Below, in pieces: positions 10,514 to 20,597 of a stretch of 64,000 nt of DNA. The stretch is from Ostreococcus lucimarinus (Eukaryota), in the NCBI GenBank assembly GCA_000092065.1, contig CP000601.1. The stretch is one strand, 5' to 3'. Position 1 is the stretch's first letter, and each line of letters begins with the position of its first letter. The notes below the pieces were generated by a model. That model was not told the origin of the DNA, made no database searches, and saw nothing but the letters and a program-made list of their open reading frames with translations. Position numbers and translations under genes: made by a program.

Positions 10514-12391
10514 ATGGTTCGCAAGTGGCCGTCGAACGCGATTTTATGGTCTCGGCGACCGACCGCGCCTTTGCCGACGACGAATTACGGGCGCGCGACG
10601 TCACTGGACGTCCCCGCGGGCGACGGCGCGATGATGTCGCGCGCGTCCGTGGACGCGGTGCGCGGCGCGCGACTCGGCGCGCGACTCGGTGCGCTCGCGA
10701 TGCGGGCGAGAGCGACGCCGGGAGCGATCAAACACGCGCGGAGCGCGCGCGCGGTGGCGACGCGGGCGACGTACGGACGACCCGAGCGCATCGCGCGCGT
10801 GAAGGGAAACGACGGGGGGGCGTCGCGCGTGGGCGAGGCGTTGGAACTGCGAGGGTGGGCGCGATCGGTGCGGACGCAGAAGGGAATGGCGTTCATCGAC
10901 CTGAACGATGGGAGCGCGATCTCGGGGATGCAAGCGGTGGTGAACGAGGGAAGCGCGGCGTGGGACGCGCTCGACGCGGGCGGCGTCTCCACGGGGGCGG
11001 CGCTCAGGGTGAAGGGGAAACTCGTGGCGAGTCCGGGAGGGAAGCAAGCGGCGGAATTGGCGGTGGAGGAGATTGATGTCATCGGAACGGCGGATCCGGA
11101 GACGTATCCGCTGCAAAAGAAGCGACACACGCTGGAATATCTTCGAAGCATCGCGCACTTGCGACCTCGCACAAACACCATCGGCGCCGTGGCTCGCGTG
11201 CGCAATCAGTTGGCGTACGCGACGCACACGTTCTTTCAAGAGCATGGGTTTTTATACGCCAACACGCCGATCATCACCGCGTCGGATTGCGAAGGCGCTG
11301 GGGAACAGTTTCAAGTGACGACGCTGTTGAACGGCTTCGGCGCCGGCGAGTGGACGACGCCGGCCTCGGTCGTGGACGAGCAAGAAGCCATGGTGAAGGC
11401 ACAGGGTGACGCGGTGAAGGCCCTGAAGGAGGCGAAGAAAGCGGGAGACGCGACGAAAGAGCAAGTTGATGAGGCCGTGGCGAAGCTTTTAGATCTCAAG
11501 GCGAGCGTCGAGGCGCTGAAGAACAATCGCCCGTCGTCCGACTTGCCGAAGAATAAGGATGGTTCCATCGACTATTCTCAAGACTTCTTCGGCAAACCGT
11601 CTTATTTGACCGTGTCTGGGCAATTGAACGGTGAAATCATGGCTTGCGCGGTCAACGACATCTACACCTTCGGTCCGACGTTCCGCGCGGAGAATAGCAA
11701 CACGTCGCGCCACCTGGCTGAGTTTTGGATGGTAGAGCCCGAACTCGCGTTCGCGGATTTGAACGACGACATGGATTGCGCAGAAGCGTACTTGAAGTAT
11801 TGCCTGAACCACGTCCTCGAGCACTGCGACGAAGATCTTGAATTCTTCGAGAAGAACATCTCCAAAGACAACCTGAGAGAGCGACTTCGAAACGTCGCGT
11901 CGCAAGAGTTTGCGCGCATCACGTACACCGAAGCCGTCGAGCACGTGTTGAACGCGAAGAAGAAGTTTGAGTTCCCAATCGAATGGGGATCGGATCTTCA
12001 GAGCGAGCACGAGCGGTACATCTCAGAAGAAGTCTTCAAAGATCGCCCCGTGATCGTGCGCGATTATCCGAAAGATATCAAGGCGTTCTACATGCGTCTC
12101 AACGACGACAACAAAACCGTCGCCGCAATGGACGTCTTGGTGCCCCGCGTTGGTGAGTTGATGGGTGGTAGCCAAAGAGAAGAACGCCTTGATGTCTTGG
12201 AGCGCCGAATCGAAGAGGTTGGTTTGGAAAAGGAGTCGTACTGGTGGTACTTAGATTTGAGACGATACGGTTCGCAGCCGCACGCCGGTTTCGGCCTCGG
12301 TTTTGAACGCCTCGTTCAGTACGTCACAGGTGTGGAGAACATTCGTGACGCCATTCCTTTCCCCCGTTACCCGGGTAGCGCTGAGTTCTAG
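10514..12391 (+). CDS. Asparagine--tRNA ligase (class II), with an N-terminal organellar presequence and an inserted WHEP-like helix.
   Basis: Anticodon-binding block (ELRGWARSVRTQKGMAFIDLNDGS), class II motifs (YLTVSGQLNGEIMACAVNDIYTFGPTFRAENSNTSRHLAEFWMVEPELAFADL; GGSQREERLDVLERR; GFGLGFERLVQYVTG). The alternative start MMSRASV is at 10631. Confidence 0.85.
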   Translation: MVRKWPSNAILWSRRPTAPLPTTNYGRATSLDVPAGDGAMMSRASVDAVRGARLGARLGALAMRARATPGAIKHARSARAVATRATYGRPERIARVKGNDGGASRVGEALELRGWARSVRTQKGMAFIDLNDGSAISGMQAVVNEGSAAWDALDAGGVSTGAALRVKGKLVASPGGKQAAELAVEEIDVIGTADPETYPLQKKRHTLEYLRSIAHLRPRTNTIGAVARVRNQLAYATHTFFQEHGFLYANTPIITASDCEGAGEQFQVTTLLNGFGAGEWTTPASVVDEQEAMVKAQGDAVKALKEAKKAGDATKEQVDEAVAKLLDLKASVEALKNNRPSSDLPKNKDGSIDYSQDFFGKPSYLTVSGQLNGEIMACAVNDIYTFGPTFRAENSNTSRHLAEFWMVEPELAFADLNDDMDCAEAYLKYCLNHVLEHCDEDLEFFEKNISKDNLRERLRNVASQEFARITYTEAVEHVLNAKKKFEFPIEWGSDLQSEHERYISEEVFKDRPVIVRDYPKDIKAFYMRLNDDNKTVAAMDVLVPRVGELMGGSQREERLDVLERRIEEVGLEKESYWWYLDLRRYGSQPHAGFGLGFERLVQYVTGVENIRDAIPFPRYPGSAEF

Positions 12392-12454
12392 ATTTAGTCT
12401 AACGCGGCTGTAACTAAACTACTTAATCTACGCTAGTCTACGTCTACGGTGTCT

Positions 12455-13936
12455 CTACAGTAACGCCTTGCTAAGCGCTTTGAACGTGTAAAGTGATCCC
12501 GTCACGACCACGACAATCTCGTCGTCGCCGCGCGAGAGCGCTCCTTTCAAGGCCTTCTCGAAATCATCTTCTGAGGTGGGAGTCGGACCATGCGCTGGGC
12601 CGATATAAGCCTTCGCGAGCGTCTTCGCGGGCGTCGTTCGAGACGATGCGCCGGCGACTTGCATTTGAGTGCACACCACACCGACGGGATCCGCCCTGTA
12701 CAGCTCTTCAATAAATCCTCCGTGATCCTTGTCGTCCGCCATCGCTACGACGAACAAAAGTTTTCGGTCGGGATAAACCTCACGAATCGTGTTCACGAGA
12801 ACTCGAGCGGAACCTTTGGTGTGCGCGCCATCAGCAATCATCGTGGGCCCTCCACTCGTCTCAAATACTTCAAAGTTCCCCGGACTGCGCGTCGTTTCCA
12901 AGCCTCTTCGAATATCTTCCAGAGATGCGTCGATTTTGTTTTGAGCGCGAAGCCACCACAGAACACGAAGCGCAAGACTTATGTTCTCGCGCTGGTGCGG
13001 CCCAGCGAGAGGAATTCGAACGTTCGAAAGGGTGGACGCTATTTTACCATCCACTTTGATGTCGATGTCGACGTCCTGCGAAGCGATCGAGTCTTCCACG
13101 TGATACCGCACGAGACGCGTGTCTACGCATACGTTATCGATAACGTTCGCCCCACGCGCGCGGAGCGCAGTTTTCAACATTGTTGTTATTCGTTCGTCCA
13201 CGTTTGGGGCACAAAACACCGGACGACCTTTATGCGCGATGCCAGCTTTTGCGTCTACGATTGTCTCAATCGAACCGCCGAGCGCTTCGAGGTGTTCCTC
13301 ACCTATGTGTGTGATCACCGCTGCTTCTAGATTTTCTGCCGCGAGTACGTTTGTGGCGTCTCGACTTCCCCCGAGACCGACTTCCACGAGCGCTAAATCG
13401 ACGTTTGCCTTTTTAAAGTATGCAAAGGCGAGCGCCGTGAGGACTTCAAAGTACGACAACTGACCGCCCTCACGCTGTTGTGCAGACTTTATCTCTCGCT
13501 CTAAATCGCGCAGTACGTCGAGAACTTGTGCAGACGCATCACTTTCGCTACTCCGAATCCTTTCCGCCACGGTATACACGTGAGGGCTCTTATACGTGCC
13601 GATTCGTAATCCAGCGGCGCGCAGGACGCTCGCGAGCACGGAAACCGTCGTTCCTTTCCCCTTCGTTCCCGACACGTGTATCGTGTTATACGCCCTGTGT
13701 GGATCGTCAAAGTCTCGCAACAATCTATGCATGCGTCCGAGATCGAATCCGTCCGTCGTATCCGTCCCAGCGTTTCGCGGGACGCCGCTCTTTTCGTGAT
13801 TGACGAAGTCCCGCAACGCTTCGTCCACCGTCGCGAATGCGGTCGATGTGCGGGCTCGTGCGCGCGCTCTGTGCGCGAACGAGAACAAATTCTCACAGAG
13901 CTCGCGGTGTTGGCGCGAACACGCCGAGCGTCGCAT
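12455..13936 (-). CDS. FPGS: Folylpolyglutamate synthase / dihydrofolate synthase (Mur ligase family).
   Basis: The P-loop HVSGTKGKGTT, then GTYKSPHV, THIGEEHLEALGGSIETIVDAKAGIAHKGRPVF and the C-terminal Mur ligase domain. The ATG is at 13936. Confidence 0.85.
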   Translation of the reverse strand: MRRSACSRQHRELCENLFSFAHRARARARTSTAFATVDEALRDFVNHEKSGVPRNAGTDTTDGFDLGRMHRLLRDFDDPHRAYNTIHVSGTKGKGTTVSVLASVLRAAGLRIGTYKSPHVYTVAERIRSSESDASAQVLDVLRDLEREIKSAQQREGGQLSYFEVLTALAFAYFKKANVDLALVEVGLGGSRDATNVLAAENLEAAVITHIGEEHLEALGGSIETIVDAKAGIAHKGRPVFCAPNVDERITTMLKTALRARGANVIDNVCVDTRLVRYHVEDSIASQDVDIDIKVDGKIASTLSNVRIPLAGPHQRENISLALRVLWWLRAQNKIDASLEDIRRGLETTRSPGNFEVFETSGGPTMIADGAHTKGSARVLVNTIREVYPDRKLLFVVAMADDKDHGGFIEELYRADPVGVVCTQMQVAGASSRTTPAKTLAKAYIGPAHGPTPTSEDDFEKALKGALSRGDDEIVVVVTGSLYTFKALSKALL

Positions 13937-14162
13937 GGTAGCGACGCACCGAGACGCGCGTGCGAAGCGCGGTCTGCGGTCACTCGTCGGGCGAGCAGAA
14001 GAGCGGCTGCGAAGTCGGCGAGCTCTCGTTGGCTCCTCGCACCGCTCGAATCGTGCGAAGAATGATGAGTACTAATGAGAAAGGTGGTAATAAAAAGTCC
14101 TAAACTCGACCGCGTCGCTCGCCCGCCGGCACGACGACGACGTGGTCTTCAAAACGCATTCG

Positions 14163-15134
14163 CTAGCGAGGAGGCGCTGGGGAGTTTTCCAAAATCACTC
14201 CGCCGACCTCGACGCGAGAACCACGCCCTGTGATTATCGTGTTTCTAACATTGTCTGCTATTCTGGGATCCAGTCCTGCACCATCCGCGCACGTCACTCG
14301 ACTCGATCGCGTCTCTTCCGATCCAGCCGTTCTGAAATCTCCCCAATACTCCTTGTCCCCCGGTCCGTCCGCGGAGCCAAAGTTGACGTACACCGGACTG
14401 TCAAACAACTCTGGATACGTCGCCAGTAGCTCTCTCTCGGCGTAACGCAACGTATCTAACACCAACGGTAATTTTTGACGAAACACGACCGAACGAAGGG
14501 GCGCCGCCCATCGTATCCACCAAGCCTCCTTCGCGCTCACCTGACAAAACACGTGCAAGCCGTCCTCGCGCCACTCCGCGAGCACCTCGTCTCTGAGCAA
14601 TCTCGTGTACCATATCGACGTTTGATCGTCGTTGAACGCGTCGCCTACCGTGAGCGTCAAATTCCTCGTCACATCGTTGTGCGTCAGCGTGTAACGCCGC
14701 TGCAATAAAGACTCCGGTTCCACCCGCGTCGAGCTCGCGTCGAACGCCACCGACACTCTGTCCGGGTCAAACTTCAAGGCGTCGAAAACCGCGTTCGTCG
14801 TCGTCTGCGCGCGCGCGATCGCCGTCGGTCAGTGTCACGATTCCATCGAGTCGCACTCGCGCCTTTCTCGCGCGTCGCTCGCGGTTTTAGACGTCGCCGT
14901 CCCCCCCCATCGCGCGAAAACCGCGCCTCGGACGTCCCGTCCCGTCCCGATCGACGCGCGTCGCGCGCGCGTCGCGTCGCGTCGGTCGCCGCGCACCTTC
15001 CCCCGTCCGCGCCCCTTCGCCGGCCGTCCTCGCGCGCCGGGTCCCGGTCGCCGTCCGCTCGCGTCGCGCGTCGACGTCGACGTCGACGCCCCGCTCGCGC
15101 GCGCGCGCGTCGCGAGCGCCCTATCCAGCGCCAT
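14163..15134 (-). CDS. SGR: STAY-GREEN (SGR) magnesium dechelatase. The conserved core is 14163..14757. A probable transit-peptide exon lies at 14857..15134 (or ends at 14839), with an intron of about 99 nt.
   Basis: The core RRYTLTHNDVTRNLTLTVG ... RLLRDEVLAEWRE ... LHVFCQVS ... KLPLVLDTLRYAERELLATYPELFDSPVYVNFGS is co-linear with Arabidopsis SGR1 (RTYTLTHSDITAKLTLAIS ... RLYRDEVVAEWKK ... ELPVVLKAFVHGD). The core ORF has no in-frame ATG and lacks a presequence. An ATG-initiated, same-frame ORF (14835..15134, MALDRALATRARASGASTSTS...) lies just upstream and is separated only by two TGA codons. A GTGCGA donor and a CAG acceptor in matching phase would join the two ORFs. Confidence 0.7.
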
Positions 15135-15372
15135 GGCGTCGACGGCGCGCGCGTCGCGTTCGCGCGTCGACGACGCGCGCGCGTCGACGACGCTCGCGAC
15201 TCGTCGACGACGACGTCGACGACGACGACGCGCGTCGCTGTGCCGGGCGTCGTCGCGTCGTCGGATCGTCGTCTCGTCGTCGTCCCGCGGCGTCCCGCGC
15301 GTCCGCCTCGAGCGCGAGCGCGAGCGGTCGCGAGCGGTCGCGATCGGACGATGCGACCGATGGTGCGATTGA

Positions 15373-17238
15373 ATGGATACACACGGACCACACCGATCCC
15401 ATCGACGAGTCTCGACTCGAGAACGAGTCCCTCGACGCCCGACGCGCCCCGACCGACGTCACGCGATCCGATCCGCGCGCGGCGTCGTCGCGTCGGCGTC
15501 GTCGCGTCGGCTCGTCACAGCGCGCGTCCGGGACAGCGAGCGCTCGAACGCCCGAACGCGCGAAGCGCCCGAGACGGATCCGAACGCCACGAATCCGCGC
15601 CGAGCGATCGAGCCCGCCATGCGCACCGTCGCGCGCGCGTTCGCGACGACGACGACGTCGAGCGCGAGGTGTGATTATCGCCGTCGAGCGACGACGACGC
15701 GCGCGACGACGAGCGCGGTGCGCGCGGACGCGCGGCGCGCGCGATCGGGGAGGTATGCGATCGTTCCGCGATCGATCGAGGGCGAAGGGAACGCCGCGGT
15801 CGTCGAAAGAAGCGTCGAGGGCGAGGAGGGGGAGAAGATGATGTCCCTGGAGGCGAGACGCGAGGCGCTGAGGTTGCCGCGCCCGGACGTCGCGGCGCCG
15901 GGGATGGAGGATCCGTGGAACGATGAGAAGTGGCAAAAGGTGAAGTGGACGGTGTTTCGAGACGTGGCGTACGACCTCGGACCGTTCTTTGAGAAGCATC
16001 CGGGCGGGAACTGGTTGTTGAACCTCGCCATCGGTCGCGACTGCACGGCGCTCATGGAATCCTATCACTTGCGACCAGAGGTGGCGACGGCGCGCTTCAG
16101 GATGTTACCCAAGCTCGAGGGGTTCCCGGTCGACGCCGTGGCGAAGTCACCGAGACCGAACGATTCGCCGCTGTACAACAACATCCGCAATCGCGTTCGC
16201 GAGGAACTTTTCCCGGAAGAAGGGAAGAACAAACACAGAATGGGTGGCGACCACGCGACGATAACGATTTTGTCTTTCGCCGCGTTTGCGTACGGTGTGT
16301 ACGCCACCATCCCGGGCTTTCTCTCGGGTTGCCTCCTTGGCTTAGCTGGTGCGTGGATCGGGCTCACGATTCAGCATTGCGCCAATCACGGGGCGATGTC
16401 ACCGTCGCCCGCCGTCAACGGCGTCCTCGGTTTGACGAACGATCTCATCGGCGGCTCGTCTTTGATGTGGCGATACCACCACCAGGTGAGCCACCACATT
16501 CACTGCAACGACAATGCTATGGATCAAGACGTGTACACCGCCATGCCTCTCTTGCGTTTCGACGCTCGTCGTCCCAAGGCGTGGTACCACCGCTTCCAGC
16601 ACTGGTACATGTTCTTGGCCTTTCCGTTGTTGCAGGTGGCGTTCCAAGTCGGCGACATCGTCGGTTTGTTCACTCGCGATACCGAAGGCGCAAAGCTCCA
16701 CGGGGCGACCACTTGGGAACTTGCCACCGTAGTTATCGGCAAGTTTGTGCACTTCGGTTTGTTGGCTGCACCTTTGATGAGCCACGCGGCTTCCGCCGTC
16801 GTCGCCGGCATCGTCGGTTTCATGGCGTGCCAAGGAGTCGTCCTCGCGTGTACGTTCGCGGTGAGTCACAACGTGCCCGAGGCCAAACTCCCTGAAGATA
16901 CCGGTGGAGAGGCGTGGGAAAGAGATTGGGGCGTGCAGCAGTTGGTGACTAGCGCTGACTGGGGTGGAAAGATTGGAAACTTTTTCACCGGCGGTCTGAA
17001 CTTGCAAGTCGAGCATCACCTGTTCCCGGCGATTTGCTTTGTGCACTACCCCGCGATCGCGAAAATTGTCGCGGAAGAAGCGGCGAAGATGGGCATTCCT
17101 TACTCGTCATACAGAACACTTCCCGGCATTTTCGTCGCGTTCTGGAAATTCGTCAGAGACATGGGCACGGCGGAGCAAATCGACGACGTTTTACTTCCGA
17201 AGTTCGCGAACCCGCAACTTTCGCCAGCCATCAATTAG
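15373..17238 (+). CDS. Cytochrome b5-fused front-end fatty acid desaturase with a long N-terminal organellar-type extension.
   Basis: The cyt b5 motif EKHPGGNWL, then the His boxes HCANHGA, HHQVSHHIHCN and QVEHHLFP (Q in the third box is diagnostic of front-end delta-4/5/6/8 desaturases). The first ATG is at 15373 and a transit-peptide-like alternative (MRTVARAFATTTTSS) is at 15619. Confidence 0.85.
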   Translation: MDTHGPHRSHRRVSTRERVPRRPTRPDRRHAIRSARGVVASASSRRLVTARVRDSERSNARTREAPETDPNATNPRRAIEPAMRTVARAFATTTTSSARCDYRRRATTTRATTSAVRADARRARSGRYAIVPRSIEGEGNAAVVERSVEGEEGEKMMSLEARREALRLPRPDVAAPGMEDPWNDEKWQKVKWTVFRDVAYDLGPFFEKHPGGNWLLNLAIGRDCTALMESYHLRPEVATARFRMLPKLEGFPVDAVAKSPRPNDSPLYNNIRNRVREELFPEEGKNKHRMGGDHATITILSFAAFAYGVYATIPGFLSGCLLGLAGAWIGLTIQHCANHGAMSPSPAVNGVLGLTNDLIGGSSLMWRYHHQVSHHIHCNDNAMDQDVYTAMPLLRFDARRPKAWYHRFQHWYMFLAFPLLQVAFQVGDIVGLFTRDTEGAKLHGATTWELATVVIGKFVHFGLLAAPLMSHAASAVVAGIVGFMACQGVVLACTFAVSHNVPEAKLPEDTGGEAWERDWGVQQLVTSADWGGKIGNFFTGGLNLQVEHHLFPAICFVHYPAIAKIVAEEAAKMGIPYSSYRTLPGIFVAFWKFVRDMGTAEQIDDVLLPKFANPQLSPAIN

Positions 17239-17357
17239 AATTATAACTTACCTTACGCGCTTGTTGACTTCAAACGAGCAAACGACAGAAATACGATTAT
17301 TGTGATATACTTACACCTCCGCCTCATCATTGTTTTGATCTAATTCTAACTTACAAA

Positions 17358-18392
17358 CTACACACGAATTCTCAAGTTGAGCAACTCTCGCTCGGCGCTC
17401 GTTCGATTAAACGTCACACTTTGTCCGATACTCACCGGCTCCGGGGGTGCACCACCCTCTTCGTATGCCTCGTAACTTCTTAAAGTCCCATCAGGACCGG
17501 CATACGCGCCGTCGACGTAAGAATGGCAGTTGTGCAAACCGGCGTCTGAAAGCAGCTGCTTCGCCCACGCCGCGGAACTACTGCTTCGGCTATGCAACAA
17601 GATGAGATTATCCGACGTCGGCTTGTGAAATCGGAACATCCGCACCCACTCTTCATCGTTCATATGCACTGCTTTGGGCAGATGATCCACCGGGACGTGC
17701 GTTGACCCCTCGAGTGTTCCGTAAAGCGCGCGCTCGTCAAACCTTCGAATGTCCAAAATCACTAGTCCCAGCGCATTGCCGTCGTCTCTCACCGTTTCCA
17801 GGAGAAGTAACACCGCGTCGAAGCTCAGAGCTCGATCTTTCCCTGATGAAAACACAGCGGGTTCGTCGAAGTGTGCTAGAGGTACCGCCGCGGCGAGTCC
17901 GCCGTCCACGATGGAGCACCGCGTGAATCCCAGGCTCGTCGCGAGCGCCGCGGCGTGCGACGAGCTATGCCCGTGCGTGCTCACAAAAATCATCGTCGTC
18001 CTTAAACTCGGCACGGGAATGTTTGGAAATCTCTTCTTCCACAGTGTGTTACGATTGCGCAACAAGTTCGCCAACTCTTCCGGTAAGATGTGCGTCACGG
18101 CGAGTCTGTCGCTCAGCTTCGTCACCGCCGTCGCCCCCCCGTCCTCGCTCTTCGGTCTGACGTCTAATAGCAAGTATTTCACCGGTTTCGTTTGAACCAA
18201 CATCCAAAACGCTTTCGCACTCAGCACCCCGTACGTCTGTTTGTTCAATTTCACCGTCGGTTGCGAGCTCGACGTCGTTCGCTGTCTCGCTCGATCTCTG
18301 TGCTTGGCGCTTCGCAAGACGCGCACGGACCAGGCGATGAGAGACAGACACACGGCGGTGGTTAACGAACCGCCGACGTTGGTGACGTGCAT
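17358..18392 (-). CDS. Tandem rhodanese-like domain protein with an N-terminal membrane anchor. The catalytic Cys is absent from both domains.
   Basis: Two rhodanese-type folds (LLLDVRPKSE...VSTHGHSS and ILDIRRFDE...ILLHSRSSSSAAW). A Ser sits where the active-site Cys is expected. The start MHVTNVGGSLTTAVCLSLIAW is at 18392. Confidence 0.6.
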   Translation of the reverse strand: MHVTNVGGSLTTAVCLSLIAWSVRVLRSAKHRDRARQRTTSSSQPTVKLNKQTYGVLSAKAFWMLVQTKPVKYLLLDVRPKSEDGGATAVTKLSDRLAVTHILPEELANLLRNRNTLWKKRFPNIPVPSLRTTMIFVSTHGHSSSHAAALATSLGFTRCSIVDGGLAAAVPLAHFDEPAVFSSGKDRALSFDAVLLLLETVRDDGNALGLVILDIRRFDERALYGTLEGSTHVPVDHLPKAVHMNDEEWVRMFRFHKPTSDNLILLHSRSSSSAAWAKQLLSDAGLHNCHSYVDGAYAGPDGTLRSYEAYEEGGAPPEPVSIGQSVTFNRTSAERELLNLRIRV

Positions 18393-19096
18393 GATATTCG
18401 TCCGCACGCGCGCCGCGCGCGTCCGTCTGCGGGCGCACCGCCGATCACGCGCGCGGTCGACGTGGACGCGCGTCGAGTCGATTTCGAACGAACGAACGCC
18501 AAAACGAACGCGCGTCGAGCGATTTCGTGGGCGTCTCGAGGGCGCGCAACCCTACGAAATCGTCGTCGAAAAATCACGCACTCAAAGACAATTTAGAACT
18601 ATCTGCAAACACGGTACGCGCGCGATAAACGCCGCGTCGGCCCCCGCGCGCCGCGCGCGCGAACGAAGCGACGTTCGTGGCGACCGTTGAAGCGCCGAAC
18701 CAGAGCGCGAGACCGCGCGCGCGTCACAGCGCGCGGCGAAATTTGCGAAAGCGTCCACACGAACATGCTCTCGGTTTCGACGTCGTCGCGATCGCTCGCG
18801 AGCGCACCGACGGCGCGCCGAGGATGGCGTGGGCGTCGCGGCGGGAGCAGGTTAGAAACGGTTCGACGGGCGCAAATCGGCGTCGATCTCGTCGACGCGG
18901 CGAGAAACGGGTTGGAGACGTTCGTTCAAAGGGTACGTTATCGACAAGCGCGAGATTCGGACCTAAAATCGATCGGTGCGCGCCGACAGAGCGATGTCAA
19001 GAGTGGTTTTGTTGCCTCTCGCCGCACGCTCTCGGTGAAGCAAACGAGCGCAAACGCGACGAAGATTGAGGCTGACCGATTTATTTTCATTCGTAG

Positions 19097-20597
19097 GCAT
19101 CGAAGGCGTTACCAATACTGCTTGGACACGACGATACTGTCGAAATCGAGCGGGAAAACGAGTCGTTAGACGCCGCGAAGACAAACTCGAGAACGCGAGC
19201 CGCAGAGCTCACCCAGGCGCGCGTGGAGAGTTTGCTTAAGCCCGACGCGGGAAGAGATGATATATTCCACGCCGCGGGTCAAGGGTTAGCTGGTGTCGGA
19301 GGCGACGTCGTAGCGATTGGTTGGTGGGACTCACGCGGGGTAGAAGGCACGTCCCCGCAACTTGAATTGCAGGCGCTCAACGACGGCGCCAGGGCACAAC
19401 TCATAGGGGTGGTGCTCTTGGCGCTTAAAGAAGGGCTCGAGAACATAGAAGAGAGCAACGGAAGCTTGCGTGAACTCATTCAAACAGTGGCTAGGGTCTC
19501 CGCGAATGATTGGATGAATTCGATGGCGCTTGACATCGGCGCCAAGGAGCGGTGCGCTCGGGTGGTTCGCGTGGCCGGAGACGTGGCCGATGAAAAAATT
19601 TGGCAGAACGGTACGTATGATCTCGCTTTCGTCTTCGACCGAGCTGATCGCGTTTTTCACAGGAGAAATACTTGAAGGAAGTAAGATGGCTTTGTATGCC
19701 GGAGTGATGATGTATTTGGCCAAGGTACGTCTAACTTTCGCTGAGCTTCACAAATATTTATTTAATTATTCTGAATTATTTCAATCATCGCAGAACTCCA
19801 ATCGAACGGACAATATTTCCGAAAGCGTTCAAGTCGTTGAGAAATCGACGAAAATTAACACTCAAGACGTCGAACCGGTGCTGGAATTCTTCAATTCTCC
19901 TATGGCTTCGGTGTGCGTTTCGGTTTTGCAGGACGTGGTATTAAATATTGCCGACTCCGTGGCGTGTGCTTACGTGACGTGTGCGCGTGAAAGCGGGCTA
20001 CAAGCGCCTGTAAATGGTGGAGTCGCACGTACGGAGGACACAGGAGCGGTCGTGCGCATTCCACCGTTCAGAGACGCGTTGAGCGTTCGCTTGAAGAGCA
20101 CACGTTCGTTGGAAAAATTTCGAAATGAAACATCATTGCGCACGTGGCTTGCACGCAATTATTACGACGTGGTCGCGATGTACGAAGATTGGCATAAATT
20201 GTGGGGCATGAATGCAAACGGCGAGGTACGTATCTCCGCGCGACGGCGCGTTTGAATTAATTTTTTAATTTGTCGCTGAAATTAATTATTTTTCACACAG
20301 CTCGTGACGAGGAAAATTCACGTTTGTCGCCAGCCAGAGCTCGCAAAGGTGAAGGGATTTCGTTTAGCTGTTTCTATGATAATAGAACTCGCTGATGTGA
20401 GCCTTCCCTTGTTCAGAAGCGCACTGAACAACTGCAGCCGGGTGGCTTCTTGGTTACTGGTGACATTAATTGGTGCGTTTGAAATTAATTATTTTGTGCA
20501 TCGACTTACTCTCTCTAACGCAGGCCGTTCGCTTGGATTGGTGTATCGTGGAATCAAAGAAAGCATGGACCCTCAAAACAGAGTGAAATTCACGTAG
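19097..20597 (+). CDS. Multi-exon gene of unknown function in an AT-richer block. Proposed exons are 19097?-19610, 19663-19724, 19794-20225, 20301-20472 and 20524-20597. The 5-prime end is unresolved.
   Basis: Three track ORFs (19223.., 19530.., 20304..) are joined in frame by introns with canonical signals: GGTACGTATG...TTTTCACAG (52 nt), AAGGTACGTC...ATCATCGCAG (69 nt), GAGGTACGTATC...TTTCACACAG (75 nt) and an optional GTGCGT...TAACGCAG (51 nt). The exon at 19223 has no ATG, and the acceptor-like tttattttcattcgtag at about 19096 suggests at least one further upstream exon. Confidence 0.55.

Noticed and set aside
15133-15372. Plus-strand 79-aa ORF MASTARASRSR... that starts at the same CCATGG as the SGR presequence exon
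   Set aside because: It is very short, poly-R and antisense to the better-supported SGR exon 1. I kept the SGR interpretation.
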